Shown here piece by piece: positions 1 to 12,842 of a DNA stretch of 64,000 nucleotides. A program made the position numbers and the translations under genes. The stretch is from Pecten maximus (lineage: Eukaryota): the NCBI RefSeq assembly GCF_902652985.1, contig NC_047015.1, positions 41,292,001 through 41,356,000 of the forward strand. The letters are read 5' to 3'. The notes under the pieces are model-generated. The model saw nothing but the letters and a program-made list of their open reading frames with translations. It searched no databases and had not been told where the DNA came from. Within the stretch, counting starts at the first letter, position 1. Each line of letters starts with the position of its first letter.

Positions 1-108
1 ATGAAATTCAAGTTCGTCCCAATATCCTATGATTTATATATAAGTGATATTTAACAAGAATGAGCTTGGGAACAAAGTTATCACATAAACAGAGTAAAAC
101 TCATTCAC

Positions 109-890
109 ACCATTGTTATCACTCAGACAAACCATTGTTATCACTCGGAAAAAAACTATTGTTATCACTCAAACTATTGTTATCACTCAGACAAACCATT
201 GTTATCACTCAGACAAACCATTGTTATCACTCAGACAAACTATTGTTATCACTCAGACAAACCATTGTTATCACTCAGACAAACCATTGTTATCACTCAG
301 ACAAACCATTGTTATCACTCAGAAAAAAACTATTGTTATCACTCAAACTATTGTTTCACTCAGTCAAACCATTGTCATCATTCAGACAAACTATTGTTAT
401 CATTCAGACAAACTATTGTTATCACTCAGACAAACTAGTGTTATTACTCAGACAAACTATTGTTATTCCACAATCTATTGCTATTACTCCGACAAACCAT
501 TGTTATTACTCATACAAACTATTGTTATCACTCAGACAAACTAGTGTTATCACTCAGAAAAACTATTGTTATCACTCAGTCAAACTATTGTTATCACTCA
601 GACAAACCATTGTTATCAACTTATCACTCAGTCAAACTATTGTTATCACTCAGACAAACTAGTGTTATCATTCAGACAAACTATTGTTATCACTCAGACA
701 AACTAGTGTTATCACTCAGTCAAACTATTGTTATCACTCAGACAAACTATTGTTATCATTCAGACAAACCATTGTTATCACTCAGTCAAACTATTGTTAT
801 CATTCAGACAAACTATTGTTGTCATTCAGACAAACCATTGTTATCACTCAGACAGACCATTGTTATCACTCAGACAAACCACTGTTATAA
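109..890. repeat. 22-bp minisatellite (accattgttatcactcagacaa)n, about 35 copies
   Basis: Direct tandem periodicity; explains the repetitive LLSLRQTIVITQTNHCYHSDK ORFs. Confidence 0.95.
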
Positions 891-1019
891 TTCGGAAAAT
901 ACCTTTCCTTTCTTGCAGGTACACTTTTACCTTTACTCAGAAATAATTCCAATCACTTCAACAAATTATCAGTCAATTTAATATACATTTTGTCGCCATT
1001 ATGTCATTTCATTGTTACA

Positions 1020-1576
1020 ATTTGTCACTCGTAGATAATGTCGTTACTGAAGCGAGATGTCACCATACATTTTTTCTGTAACTCTGAAAGTGTCGTTTCT
1101 GAGACGATTTGTACATAATACTAGTAAGAATTGTTATCATCACTCAAACACAATATCGTTACTAGTACGAATTGTCCCCGTTCGGACACGGTGTTGTTAT
1201 TGTGACGAATTGTCCCCGTCACTCGGACACATTGTGACGAATTGTCCCCGTCACTCGGACACGGTGTCATTATTGGAACGATTTGCACCTTTCACTCTGA
1301 CACAAGGTCGTTACTGGATCGAGTTGTCTCCATCACTCTGACACAAGGTCGTTACTGAGACGAATTGCTCTCGTCATTCGGACAGAGTATCGTTTCTGGG
1401 ACGAGAACGTGGGACGAGTTCTTCTTGTCGCTTGGACACCATATGCATCATATCTTGAACGAATGCATCCCTCATTCGAACACAGCATCATTATTGGGAT
1501 AAGCTGTTCCCGTCACTCGGGCGCTACATCGGTAACAGATCAAGTTGTTCCGTCAATCGGACAAACTACTAATATC
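1020..1576. repeat. Degenerate ~42-bp tandem array (core tccccgtcactcggacac) whose last copy overlaps the stop codon of the divergent Kir gene
   Basis: The core recurs near 1175, 1213, 1245, 1287, 1328, 1370, 1424, 1466, 1506 and 1547. Confidence 0.7.
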
Positions 1577-2830
1577 CTGACTCATATCGGATATTTTCCG
1601 CATGTGGATATTTTCTCGGTAAGTTGTGGATTGTTCACTTCCGGAGTCCGTTGTGTCGGTATTACAACCTTCCCCATTACCCGACTCTGTTCCGTAGCAC
1701 GAGTCTGTCGGTGACAGAGAGCGGACCAAAAGGTTCACCTTCCGGTTCCGGCCCGGGGATGGATTTACGGCTGGACTGGTATCATGGAATTGAGAATAGT
1801 CAAACTCGAGAGATCCAGATGCCTTCCATTCAGCCATCATTGGTTTGAACTTCCGGTCCCAAAGAAAGTCACTTGGAAGATATGATGTGCGTGTCTGGAC
1901 CATCATTCCTGTCGACTCGATAGTCCCTTGTAAGAACACAATCACTTCAAAATTAGTTCTCCTTAAGTCATCCTCGTCGTTGTTCCAGAACGGACTCGTT
2001 GGAGTTATACTGTGTCGCAAAGTTACAGGCCAACGCAGAGAAATTCTAGGGTTAGTCTTTTGTGCAGAGAAGTCGAGATCGTACCGGAAGTGAGACACAA
2101 ATTCATCGTCATTTGTCACTCTATCACGAACGCAAACTGCATGTGCATGTGTATCAATCATGTCGGATCGCTGAAGGTCACCAACCCTTATAGACAAAAA
2201 CATATCATTGTTTTCTTCTGATATACAAACATTTCTACTGAACAAAATAGTGTTTGCTCGCTTCTTTGGTTTCTGGACCTTAGCTATGACCATTCCGGTA
2301 AGAAGAGCCTGCAGTAAAGCCCCAATTATGGACTGTACCAATACCGAGAATACAGCGGCTGGACATTCGTCATTTACATACCTCGTTCCGTAGCCGATGG
2401 TAGTCTGGGTTTCCATAGAAAACATCAACATATTGATAAAGTCTGGAGTATTTTCTACACAAGCTATCCATTTCTCGGTCTCCTTGATCCGCTCGAAATC
2501 TCCATGTACGGACGATATAGCATAGAACACAGCCGCAAAGAACAGCCAACTCAACAAGATCGCCAGTGAAAATATTGGTAGTAAAAATCGCCATGGAGTG
2601 TCCACTAGAGTCGTGAAAATGTCGTTTAGAAATTTTAGTTTTTTTCCGGTAACGGTCCTAGATTCTACATTACAAGCTCCCGATTTTTCCACCAATCTCG
2701 GGAGAAACGCGTGGTCTGCCTGAAGGGTCGTGGGGTCCGGGGCGAACCGTACTTTGAAACGTTTCTCCGAGACACGTGGTGGAATATCACTCTCCATAGT
2801 GCCCATTTTGACCACGACTGGCTCGTCCAT
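1553..2830 (-). CDS. Inward-rectifier potassium channel (Kir/KCNJ family), divergent paralog, 425 aa, single coding exon
   Basis: Family motifs present: RLVEKSGACNV, slide helix DIFTTLVDTPWR, M1, conserved Cys pair (WIACV...DECP), pore ETQTTIGYGTR, M2, KPKKRANTILFS, G-loop GTIESTGM, DYSQFH. The ATG is in good context (gaaATGG). Confidence 0.95.
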   Translation of the reverse strand: MDEPVVVKMGTMESDIPPRVSEKRFKVRFAPDPTTLQADHAFLPRLVEKSGACNVESRTVTGKKLKFLNDIFTTLVDTPWRFLLPIFSLAILLSWLFFAAVFYAISSVHGDFERIKETEKWIACVENTPDFINMLMFSMETQTTIGYGTRYVNDECPAAVFSVLVQSIIGALLQALLTGMVIAKVQKPKKRANTILFSRNVCISEENNDMFLSIRVGDLQRSDMIDTHAHAVCVRDRVTNDDEFVSHFRYDLDFSAQKTNPRISLRWPVTLRHSITPTSPFWNNDEDDLRRTNFEVIVFLQGTIESTGMMVQTRTSYLPSDFLWDRKFKPMMAEWKASGSLEFDYSQFHDTSPAVNPSPGRNRKVNLLVRSLSPTDSCYGTESGNGEGCNTDTTDSGSEQSTTYRENIHMRKISDMSQDISSLSD

Positions 2831-3010
2831 TTCCTCGCTGTAGGATACTCTCCCGATTCCTGTTTGTCACTACGCTTATTATTCTCAAATGTTTCCCACA
2901 AGATGGATAGTTCGCCTCAGGCGCTCCGCTTTTTATCAGACTCGAAAGCAAATACAGGTGAAAACAGTATGCACGCCCCACATACGAGACGGTCGCTATT
3001 GTTTTATACA

Positions 3011-3140
3011 GACTGACAGGTGAATGCTGTATTTATCTCTCTCTCTTTATAGTAAGCAGTCCGTGTAATTATGTACGAGGGTCCGGGCCGTGACGCGTCA
3101 TTTGACGATATTTACGTTACAGGTCGTACCGGAAACGTCA
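3011..3140 (-). promoter_or_regulatory. Candidate core promoter of the divergent Kir: TATA box, Inr-like site, CRE-like and ETS-like motifs
   Basis: Minus-strand TATAAAG at 3045-3051 with CA/TCAGTC initiator-like sites 26-37 nt downstream (3011-3025). Palindrome TGACGCGTCA at 3091-3100 and ACCGGAAA-CGTCA at 3128-3140. CpG-rich surroundings. Confidence 0.5.
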
Positions 3141-3189
3141 TACACAGCCGAAAAGACCGAGTTGTCATTTATTAACGACAGCAAAAGTG

Positions 3190-4220
3190 ATGTTGTTTGA
3201 CTAAAGCGTTCCCTAGCGATAGATGTCTTTGCTTGGCTAAAGCGTCTCCTACCAATACTGATGTTGACTAAAGCGTTCCCTAGCGACAGTGATGTTATTC
3301 GACTTAAGCGTTCCATAGCGACAGATATTTTTGTTTGACTAAAATGTTCCCTACCAACAGTGATGTTGTTTGACTAAAGCGTTTCCAGCGACAAATATTT
3401 TGTTTGAATAAAACGTTCCCTACCAACAGTGATGTAGTTTGACTCAAGCGTTCTCTAGCGACAGTTATGTAACTTGTTCAAAGCGTTCCTTAGCGACAGA
3501 TGTTTTGTTTGACTAAAGCGTTCCTTAGCGACAGATGTTTTATATAACTAAAGCGTTCCCTAGCGACAGATGTTTTATATAACTAAAGCGTTCCCTAGCG
3601 ACAGGTGTTTTATATGACTAAAGCGTTCCCTAGCGACATGTTTTGTTTGATTAAAGCGTTCCTTAGCGACAAATGTTTTATATGACTAAAGCGTTCCTTA
3701 GCGACAGATGTTTTATATGACTAAAGCGTTCCCTAGCGACAGATGTTTTGTTTGACTAAAGCGTTCCTTAGCGACAAATGTTTTATATGACTAAAGCGTT
3801 CCTTAGCGACAGATGTTTTATATGACTAAAGCGTTCCTTAGCGACAGATGTTTTATATGACTAAAGCGTTCCCTAGCGACAGATGTTTTATATGACTAAA
3901 GCGTTCCTTAGCGACAGATGTTTTATATGACTAAAGCGTTCCTTAGCGACAGATGTTTTATATGACTAAAGCGTTCCTTAGCGACAAATGTTTTATATGA
4001 CTAAAGCGTTCCTTAGCGACAAATGTTTTATGACTAAAGCGTTCCTTAGCGACAAATGTTTTATGACTAAAGCGTTCCTTAGCGACAGATGTTTTATATG
4101 ACTAAAGCGTTCCTTAGCGACAGATGTTTTATATGACTAAAGCGTTCCTTAGCGACAGATGTTTTATATGCATAAAGCGTTCCCTTGCGACAAATATTTT
4201 GTTTGACTAAAGAGTTTCCT
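3190..4220. repeat. 35-bp minisatellite (gactaaagcgttccttagcgacagatgttttatat)n, about 29 copies
   Basis: Direct tandem periodicity, degenerate at the left edge. Confidence 0.95.
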
Positions 4221-4924
4221 GATCATGTATCAACCAAATAGCAATGGTCAGTATGTCATAGTACATGGTTACCGTGTGCAGCCTCAGTACAGTTGGGGAG
4301 GCGGTATTGTGGGATATGAGAGTGGGCACCGAACCGGCAGGGAGTCCAACAAGGCAGAAAAATTACTTATATCGTTTTCTAAACATATATATTTTACTAA
4401 AATGATGTGCACTGGTTGAGGGAATGTTTCGGCGACTTAACGGTCTAAAATGTTTAGTGCAATTCCCTGCTGAATGTGCAAACAATCGTGACAATTCGCC
4501 ATGCATGCGATCATTTTCTTCAAATATATCTGTATAACATGTTTGTAGTATAGGATTTCCGCATCTTAGGAAGTAATGTGGCACTTGGACCTTGGCGCTA
4601 AGCACGATATACAAGAGTAGGTGGTGAAGTGAATACTTTTAGCTACGTTAATTTTCATTGGCAGCATTTTATATATGGTTATCTGGCCTTGTTACAATGG
4701 TGTTGTTGTGAGACGGATTTATCACTGTTTTTCTTTCGTTTCTAACCAAGGTAAAATGCATGTTATTTTAACATGATGACATTTAAAAGAAATCAAATTG
4801 ACGAAGGTGTTATACTTTTATATGTTATAAGATATGCGTGTTAGCTCAAGAATTGATGCCTTTCACCAACGCCGTTCGAAACGGAAAACACCAGATCTAG
4901 AACTAAGGTGAATGCTGGCAACCC

Positions 4925-4944
4925 TGACGTCACTTCCTCTTCCG
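4925..4944 (-). promoter_or_regulatory. Overlapping ETS-CRE composite motif
   Basis: tgacgtcacttcct reads AGGAAGTGACGTCA on the minus strand: a full CRE palindrome overlapping a GGAAGT ETS core. A second cttccg follows. CpG-rich region. Confidence 0.45.
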
Positions 4945-7900
4945 ACAAGCCCTGTAATAAAACACTGGCTTTCCTAATGTAATTTCCTCCGGAAACAGGA
5001 TGGCTGCTGTGCCGTCATGTCGTTTATCTAAAGTTTACTTTGTGTAAGCGAGGCGATGTGTATCGATAGTTATAACAGAGTACAAGCAATGATCCAGTGA
5101 AGTGTCGTGATAAAGGGTTTTGTACGTAATACTCGAAGCTCTGGTGTACTTGGGTACCCCCAAAACAAGATAATATAAGTGTGTGATAAAGTGTTCTCCT
5201 GCAATACAAAAAGGATAACCGGACCTATATCGTCACGTTCATTATCTCCTTAGTACCTTAACACCAATGATGAAATAAAGAACTTTGAAACACAAATATG
5301 TTCCACTCCGTTATGACAGAAATAAAGCCTAAATCTGTACATGGGCCAAACCAAGCTTTAAGTGTAATAATCTTAAAATCATTAGTAACTGAGAAATGGA
5401 CTTAAACCCAAAATGTAACCAAAGTGTAAGATACAGCCCATTGTAAAAAAACACAATGTGATCCGGCCATTTTAAAGCAGGGACATCAAACACAAAACAC
5501 CTTTCTAGCAAAAATTAGCTTTATTAAGAAATCCTGCACAATCTCAGATCAGCTCTCGAATTCTCTTGATACTTTCTCTCGTTTCTCATTCGCACCTTCC
5601 AATAACCATGCAAACACGATCTAATAAATATAAAGACAAATTTAAAGTTAAAATCTCAACGCATCACAAATTTGTCCAGATATGTATAGATGGCAGACAA
5701 AAGGGGTTATGCATATGCATAGATGTATATGTACATATGTTTATTGATAGCCCAGGCTAATGAATATGCATAGTCGCCTATATACAAATGATTTATGATT
5801 GCCAATGTTTACAGAGTTTTACTGTAATTACACTTATCATACAAGTATCACAAGATTCCCCATCGTAGATTGGCCAAGCATTCTCTGTGGTATCACAATG
5901 ATCGGTTTCTACGAGAACACCTTAGCTGGGATAAAGCTGATTAATTCTGTAAACCTATTTTACGATAATATTTGTGTTATCACAGCGTGTCACGAACAAC
6001 CCGACAAGGAACAAGCTTAGCACAGAAAATATAGCTAGTAAGAATGCAAGAGTTACTCCCCCTCCCATTCATGTTTTATTTCGTGGACGGATGAAGCAAG
6101 CACGATTAGATAAATAATAAATAACGCCTTTTTAAATGTGTAGAAAGTGTGACTTTTTATAAATTTGTGTCTGCGTTTCCTAAATACATGTATAGTCACT
6201 TTTAAAATAAATGATTCTTGAGAAATGAAAGTTTGCAATGTCTCCTTAAAAAATAGACATATATTTTGAATATATGGAACTTGAATGTAACATGCAAATA
6301 ACACTAGATTCTTGTTAAATTCACCCTAACACATAAAAAGAACTGTTCATAGAATTTCAGAGGAAACATAAAATGAATCGTAATTTGTAGCCAGTGGCTA
6401 TCTTTAAACATAAAAAGTATATAATTTAATTTGTCCAACACAAGTCTGTAGGAGTTGTGCCCCTTTCCATTGGGTCTAAGTAGTAACTGATGACTATATA
6501 AAAAAATTCCACCTTAAATAGCACACATTGTATTTCTGGGAAGATTGGTTTGTGTTTAAGATCTTATTTTGATAATTGGTTGTTGATTAATGGGTATTGT
6601 TAATAGGTATCAATTCTATAGTACATATATGTATGTCTATTTGTATACCTACACATTTACAGCTATTTACACTAAATTATTTAATAAAAATAAAGTTGCA
6701 ATGACATGATTTTTTTTCAAATACATGTACATTGTATAATGGTCTCAATAAAGTACAAAACTCAGAACTAAATACAAATTGTTGGGAAATCCTTGACTTT
6801 TGTTTGCACCCAAGATCATTTGTACCTGCAGTTGCTTTTTCAAACCTTCCCTGCTTCTTATATTTTACTCAAAACTTTGACATGTATTATCAATAAAACA
6901 TCCACAATTTCAAAATTTCAATTAGTCTCCCGGAAAGACAGTTGAACTATTTAGATTTAATTGAGTATTACTTTTTCAAAAAGTTGTATAAATGACATTT
7001 TATATCCGTTAAGACCCTCATAATTTAAGGGCCAGAGATGACTTGTACATATATGTATTTCTTTGGATCTTGCGACAAATTAAAACTGGTGTTTATATCC
7101 ATAGAAATATATAACACACATATAGATTATCTCTAACTGACAGTCAGTCTACTTCATATTTCTAAAAAATAAAAATTCAACACACATGAAAAACTATAAA
7201 ATAGGAAACAATGTTATCAATATCTGCTTTAGCTAATTGTCTCAAAGGGAGATAATCAATGCATTAAAGGGAGATAATTGAGTTAATCCAGAGATTCAAA
7301 AATATTTGCATAAATTTTAAGATTCATCTACAATCAATGTATTGCCATGTAAAATATTGTTCATCTCAGAAGTAAACTTTCTGTGTTATTTGATCAAAAT
7401 ATAGTATTGCTCAGCTTTCAAACATGTGCACACAGTAAAATATATATAACCTATTCATTAAAAGTTTTATGTATCTGACAAAGTGGAATTATGGTCAATT
7501 TAAAACAAGAATAGGCTGTTGCATATTTTTTTTTTCTTATAAAATTTGAGCTTAAAACAAATGAATACCAAAGAAATTCTACTGGACACTGCCTCTATAT
7601 TTGATTAGTATCTTTGGGTCTTTTTAGCATATATTTTAAAACAGTTACCTTTTTATTTTTTTTAAAGTTAACTATATATTTTTCTATACAGTTGGTACTA
7701 TTTTATGCATTTTTGTTACAAGCACAGTGTCATTGGTCTTAGCATCTTCAAAGTTCTTGTCTGACTATATCCTCAGAATTTGGCAGAAATTGTCAGGTAG
7801 GTCAGTGAAACATGTTAAGGTAGCTATTTGGGTACAGTCATAAAACTTAGGTTACACAAATATGGCAGAGCTTTATACAACCTGCTAACAGAAAGACTCA

Positions 7901-8429
7901 AGGTACAAAGATGGTGGACATGTGATTTCTCCATAACATGGGTAAAAGGGGGCAGATCACATCAAATGTCAATACAGCTACCTGACCTCTCACAAATCAT
8001 TCATGACAATTAAATATGGGAGTGTTTCAAACTGTCAAACATGGCAGAAAGTCAAATAAACTTTCAAGGAATAATGTTTGTCACCATAAATATTCCAGAT
8101 TACTCTGTAGAGTCTTCTATATATCAAACTTGCTTGTAGTTCTTGTGAGCACATATTTAAACAAACCTGGATTCTTTCCGGTTTTGTTTTACTTTTCTAC
8201 CACTCTCTCTCATCAATCATTCATGTAAAATAGATATTCTCATAAATAAAACAGAACCCAGATACCTCATGTATAAATATCAAAATCTGATTTTCTGTGC
8301 ATTAATTTTGTTTGTATCATAATCAAAACAAGAAGTGACTTGACAACTTCACAGTGACTGTTGTCAAATGTGACACAGATATCTCAAGTCACCTGAAGTC
8401 ACCATTTTATGCCTGCAAAAAACTATCAT

Positions 8430-8650
8430 ATATATATCCACAAACAAGTCCCTACTCACATCTAGCCCCTTCTCCATTTTTCAGAATCATTTATTCTAAA
8501 ATAGTTAAGCTAAAAGTGTTTCACAAATAAGCCCTCCCCAAACTTTTATACTAAACTTTGACACTTGGGAGGGGGCTTATTTGAGGATAAATACGGTACG
8601 GTACCTTTACATGAGAGGAGGGGACTTATTTGTAGATATAAATACAGTAA
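8430..8650. mobile_element. Degraded pogo/Tigger-like MITE remnant
   Basis: Internal inverted repeat aaataagccc...gggcttattt and the end ataaatacggta. A homologous copy lies at 17295-17460. Confidence 0.5.
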
Positions 8651-9865
8651 ATATTGTTCCACTTATACATGTTTAAATAAGAATACATCACCCAGACATG
8701 CATACACACAGATATACACTTGTAAATGTACAGAGAAGTCAAATCATGTGTGATTGAGATTCACATAAAGACACACATGAGTAGATAAACTGTCTGTGTT
8801 AGTACAGACTTGCCCAGGATGGTCTCCTCCTTAGGGTTGGTTGCCACACATAGCCTTCTGATCAAGTGGAAGATTGGGATTTCATCAAATGAAAATGATC
8901 TTGGTCATCTGAAAGCACACAAAATTATATTTCCTTTACAGATAGGTCAATAACATAGCAGGTGTATAAGGTTCTTCTGTATTGATTGTATCTGTCAATA
9001 TTATAATGCTGAAAATAGAAAAATACTAATCTTTCAATGTTTGCTGAATAATGTGATAAAAAACCTAAATTACTAATTTTTTACCAATATCTGATGGTGT
9101 TATGATCAGTTTTTACACAAATTACATATATGTATCATTTCATATCTTCATCAATCAAGATATCAGATATGAAAAATTCATATGACATTATACTTCTGAA
9201 ACAATTTTTTGTAAAATGTTATAATAATTATGTATTTTTAGAAAGAATGAGAGGTAGCTAAGGCAACAACACATAGAATCCCTACTATGCTACAGATTAA
9301 TAATGATGATCCAATAGAGATTACCATGGATATAAAAGATCAGACTGACATCACCATGGTAACCCTGCATCCTCATTGGGCTACCTTTTCAGTAGGTGAC
9401 ACATCATCACAGATAACTCTAGGCCTTCAGCCAATTAAACTTAGTATAAGCCACATGCTTTGGAAATTTCTTTACAAAAAATCAATGTCACTGATATACC
9501 AGTTCCTGTTTTCTTCAGGTGAAGCTGCACATCTAGCACTGTTACCATGGTAACACAAGCTGGTAATGAGGGATAACTGTCCATGCAAGGCAAACAACTC
9601 ATATTTGTCCTGATAAAAAGTTTTATTATCTTATATGAATTGCCCTTGATGTGTTAGAATTTAGATGTATATGACCTTAATACATGAATGTAGCTTTCAT
9701 GTACATGTATTTGTGACTTGCCTATACAATATATTGTATGTATGTGATGTATATGTGAATTAATTTATATAGTTGATCTCAAGAGTAGCCATGACTTATG
9801 TATATATAGATCCTGACCTACAGGAGCATGAGACCTGCAGGTATATGTGTATGTGTGACATACAG

Positions 9866-10075
9866 TTATGCATGACCTACACGTATATGTGACCTACATG
9901 TATATATGACCTTGGTGATCTTATGTGACCTACATGTATGTATGACCTTGGTGATCTTATGTGACCTACATGTATGTATGACCTTGGATATCTTATGTGA
10001 CCTACATGTATGTATGACCTTGGTGATCTTATGTGACCTACATGTATGTATGACCTTGGTGATCTTCATGTATGT
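9866..10075. repeat. 36-bp minisatellite (gtgacctacatgtatgtatgaccttggtgatcttat)n
   Basis: About 5 tandem copies with degenerate flanks. Confidence 0.9.
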
Positions 10076-10267
10076 GTTTTACTTGAACATGTACATGTGA
10101 CTTTCAGATACAGGTGACCTACATGCATGTGTAACTTACATTTATGTGTGGCCTTCAGATACAGTTGACCTTTATACATCTGTGTGACAGACACAGGCGA
10201 CTGGTATAAGTACCATAGAACTACCTTTCCAGTATATGTACAACCCTTCCCATAAGAACCCTAGTAT

Positions 10268-11312
10268 ATGTACCAGAGTTGTAATAACCCTAGTATTGTA
10301 CCTAGTAATGTTGTATGATGTACCACAGTTGTAATAACCCTAGTTTTGTTGTGTGATGTACCACAGTTGTAATAACCCTAGTTTTGTTGTGTGATATACC
10401 AGATTTGTAATAACCCTAGAATTGTTGTATGATGTACCAGAGTTGTAATAACCCTAGTATTGATGTATGACATACCAGAGTTGTAATAACCCTAGTAATG
10501 TTGTATGATATACCAGAGTTGTAATAACCCTAGTAATGTTGTATGATGTACCAGAGTTGTAATAACCCTATTAATGTTGTATGATGTACCAGAGTTGTAA
10601 TAACCCTAGTATTGATGTATGACATACCAGAGTTGTAATAACCCTAGTAATGTTGTATGATATACCAGAGTTGTAATAACCCTAGTAATGTTGTATGATG
10701 TACCAGAGTTGTAATAACCCTATTAATGTTGTATGATGTACCAGAGTTGTAATAACCCTAGTATTGTTGTATGATGTACCACAGTTGTAATAACCCTAGT
10801 ATTGTTGTATGATGTACCAGAGTTGTAATACCCCTAGAATTGTTGTATGATGTACGAGAGTTGTAATAACCCTAGTATTGTTGTATGATGTACCAGAGTT
10901 GTAATAACCCTAGTATTGTTGTATTATGTACCAGAGTTGTAATAACCCTAGAATTGTTGTATGATGTACCAGAGTTGTAATAATCCTAGAATTGTTGTAT
11001 GATGTACCAGAGTTGTAATAACCCTAGAATTGTTGTGTGATGTACCAGAGTTGTAATAACCCTAGAATTGTTGTATGATGTACCAGAGTTGTAATAACCC
11101 TAGAATTGTTGTATGATGTACCAGAGTTGTAATAACCCTAGAATTGTTGTATGATGTACCAGAGTTGTAATAACCCTATTAATGTTGTATGATGTACCAG
11201 ATTTGTAATAACCCTAGAATTGTTGTATGATGTACGAGTTTTCTAATAACACTAGTATTGCTGTAATATGTACCAGATTTGTAATAACACTAGTATTGCT
11301 GTAATATGTACC
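10268..11312. repeat. 38-bp minisatellite (gtaccagagttgtaataaccctagtattgttgtatgat)n
   Basis: About 27 tandem copies. Confidence 0.95.
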
Positions 11313-12842
11313 AGAATTGATGTTCAGTTCTTCATATCCAATCGCGGTAAAAACACAGAAGAAATATTTTCTGTCTCTGCCTGAAGATGAGGTGCTGACA
11401 CTAGAGATGATGTATAACGTGGGGAATGAATATTTCACATGGACTCAATACAAACTTACTGCTCTTCTTTTATCATGGAGATCCTGTTAAAGCTTGGATG
11501 ATGTTGAAATTAAAAAAAATATTACCAATTCCAGACTGAATTTGCAGTTTAGAAATTATAAGGTTGGTTTAGTTCATTAGGACTATTACTGTTATATATT
11601 GTACAGTACATGTCTATTTATTCATCAGTATGATGACATTCATAAAATAGATTATGAATTATACAGATGTCACAGCATGATGTTGCACACACTGAAATGT
11701 TGTAGGAGAAAGAGACATCACAAGTTGAGTTAATATGGATCTAACAAAATATTGTCTTCACAAATATTTACAAAATAATTTTAGTTTTGCGACAGACAGA
11801 ATCTTTAATTTACTTTCAATTCATATGAATGTATAAAAAAAGGTAATGTTTTAAGTTGCCAGTACAGGTCAGTAGCAAATTAATCTGCATACCCATGCAA
11901 TATACTTATTCCTATAAAATTTAAGCTGATATCACAAAATCATTGGTGTGAAAAAGAACACAGACAAAATTATCTATGCTATTAAACAATATTTCTTGAA
12001 TAAAGCTTTCCACTTTAAAATACCAGGTATGGTTTTACATAAGATGACAATATCTAGCCTTGGAATTACATAAAGGTCATTTTATAGTGCTATCCCATTG
12101 AAATGCCGCATACTAGAAGAACACTATACATTATGTATATTATTACAGAGGGTTAACCTGAAATGACCTCAAGCGTATACAGAGATACCAGAATAAAAAA
12201 GATTGAAATATATTAAGCACATGTATTATAAAGAGTTTATGGATTCAGATTGGTCTCGTCATAGTCCTGAACAAATGGCAATGGACACAAAATCTTGCCT
12301 CTTCCATAGCCCTTGTTAACCTGATCTTGCCCTAAATATAATACCTTTAGAAGAAGGTAAAATAACAGGGGAATAACATTTTACCATCATGGCATTGTGA
12401 TGCCAATGTAGGTCTGTGACAGCAATATTTTGTACTCAGCTATTCTGCCGAAGTATTATACAAAGCTTAACTGTAAAAATTGAAAGCCTAGCTAGAGTTT
12501 GGATTTAAAACAGCTGTACACCAAGTCAGAACCTGCATTCAATTTGAATGGCAATGAACAGTGATGTTGGCTAAAATCCCAACCAATAAAACCAATGATC
12601 CACACCCAAAAACTACTAAAAAACCAAATTAAAATTTAATGTCAAATTTTTTCTCCTTTCTTTGCAGGGGTGGTCCCATAATCATCTACAGAACAATACA
12701 AGATGAGGTGTGCTAGGGTGGTCCCAACATACAGGAACTATGGATCTCTATACAGGTAACTAGCTTCAAGGCCTCCATACCAATTATTGAACTAGGTTTG
12801 ATCCTAATTTGTACATAGTGTTTGACTGAGTGGGCTAGTCCT

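Noticed and set aside
12668-12755. Possible + strand exon (ctcctttctttgcAG ... cag|GTAACT)
   Set aside because: Stops in all three frames and no supporting + strand gene elsewhere.
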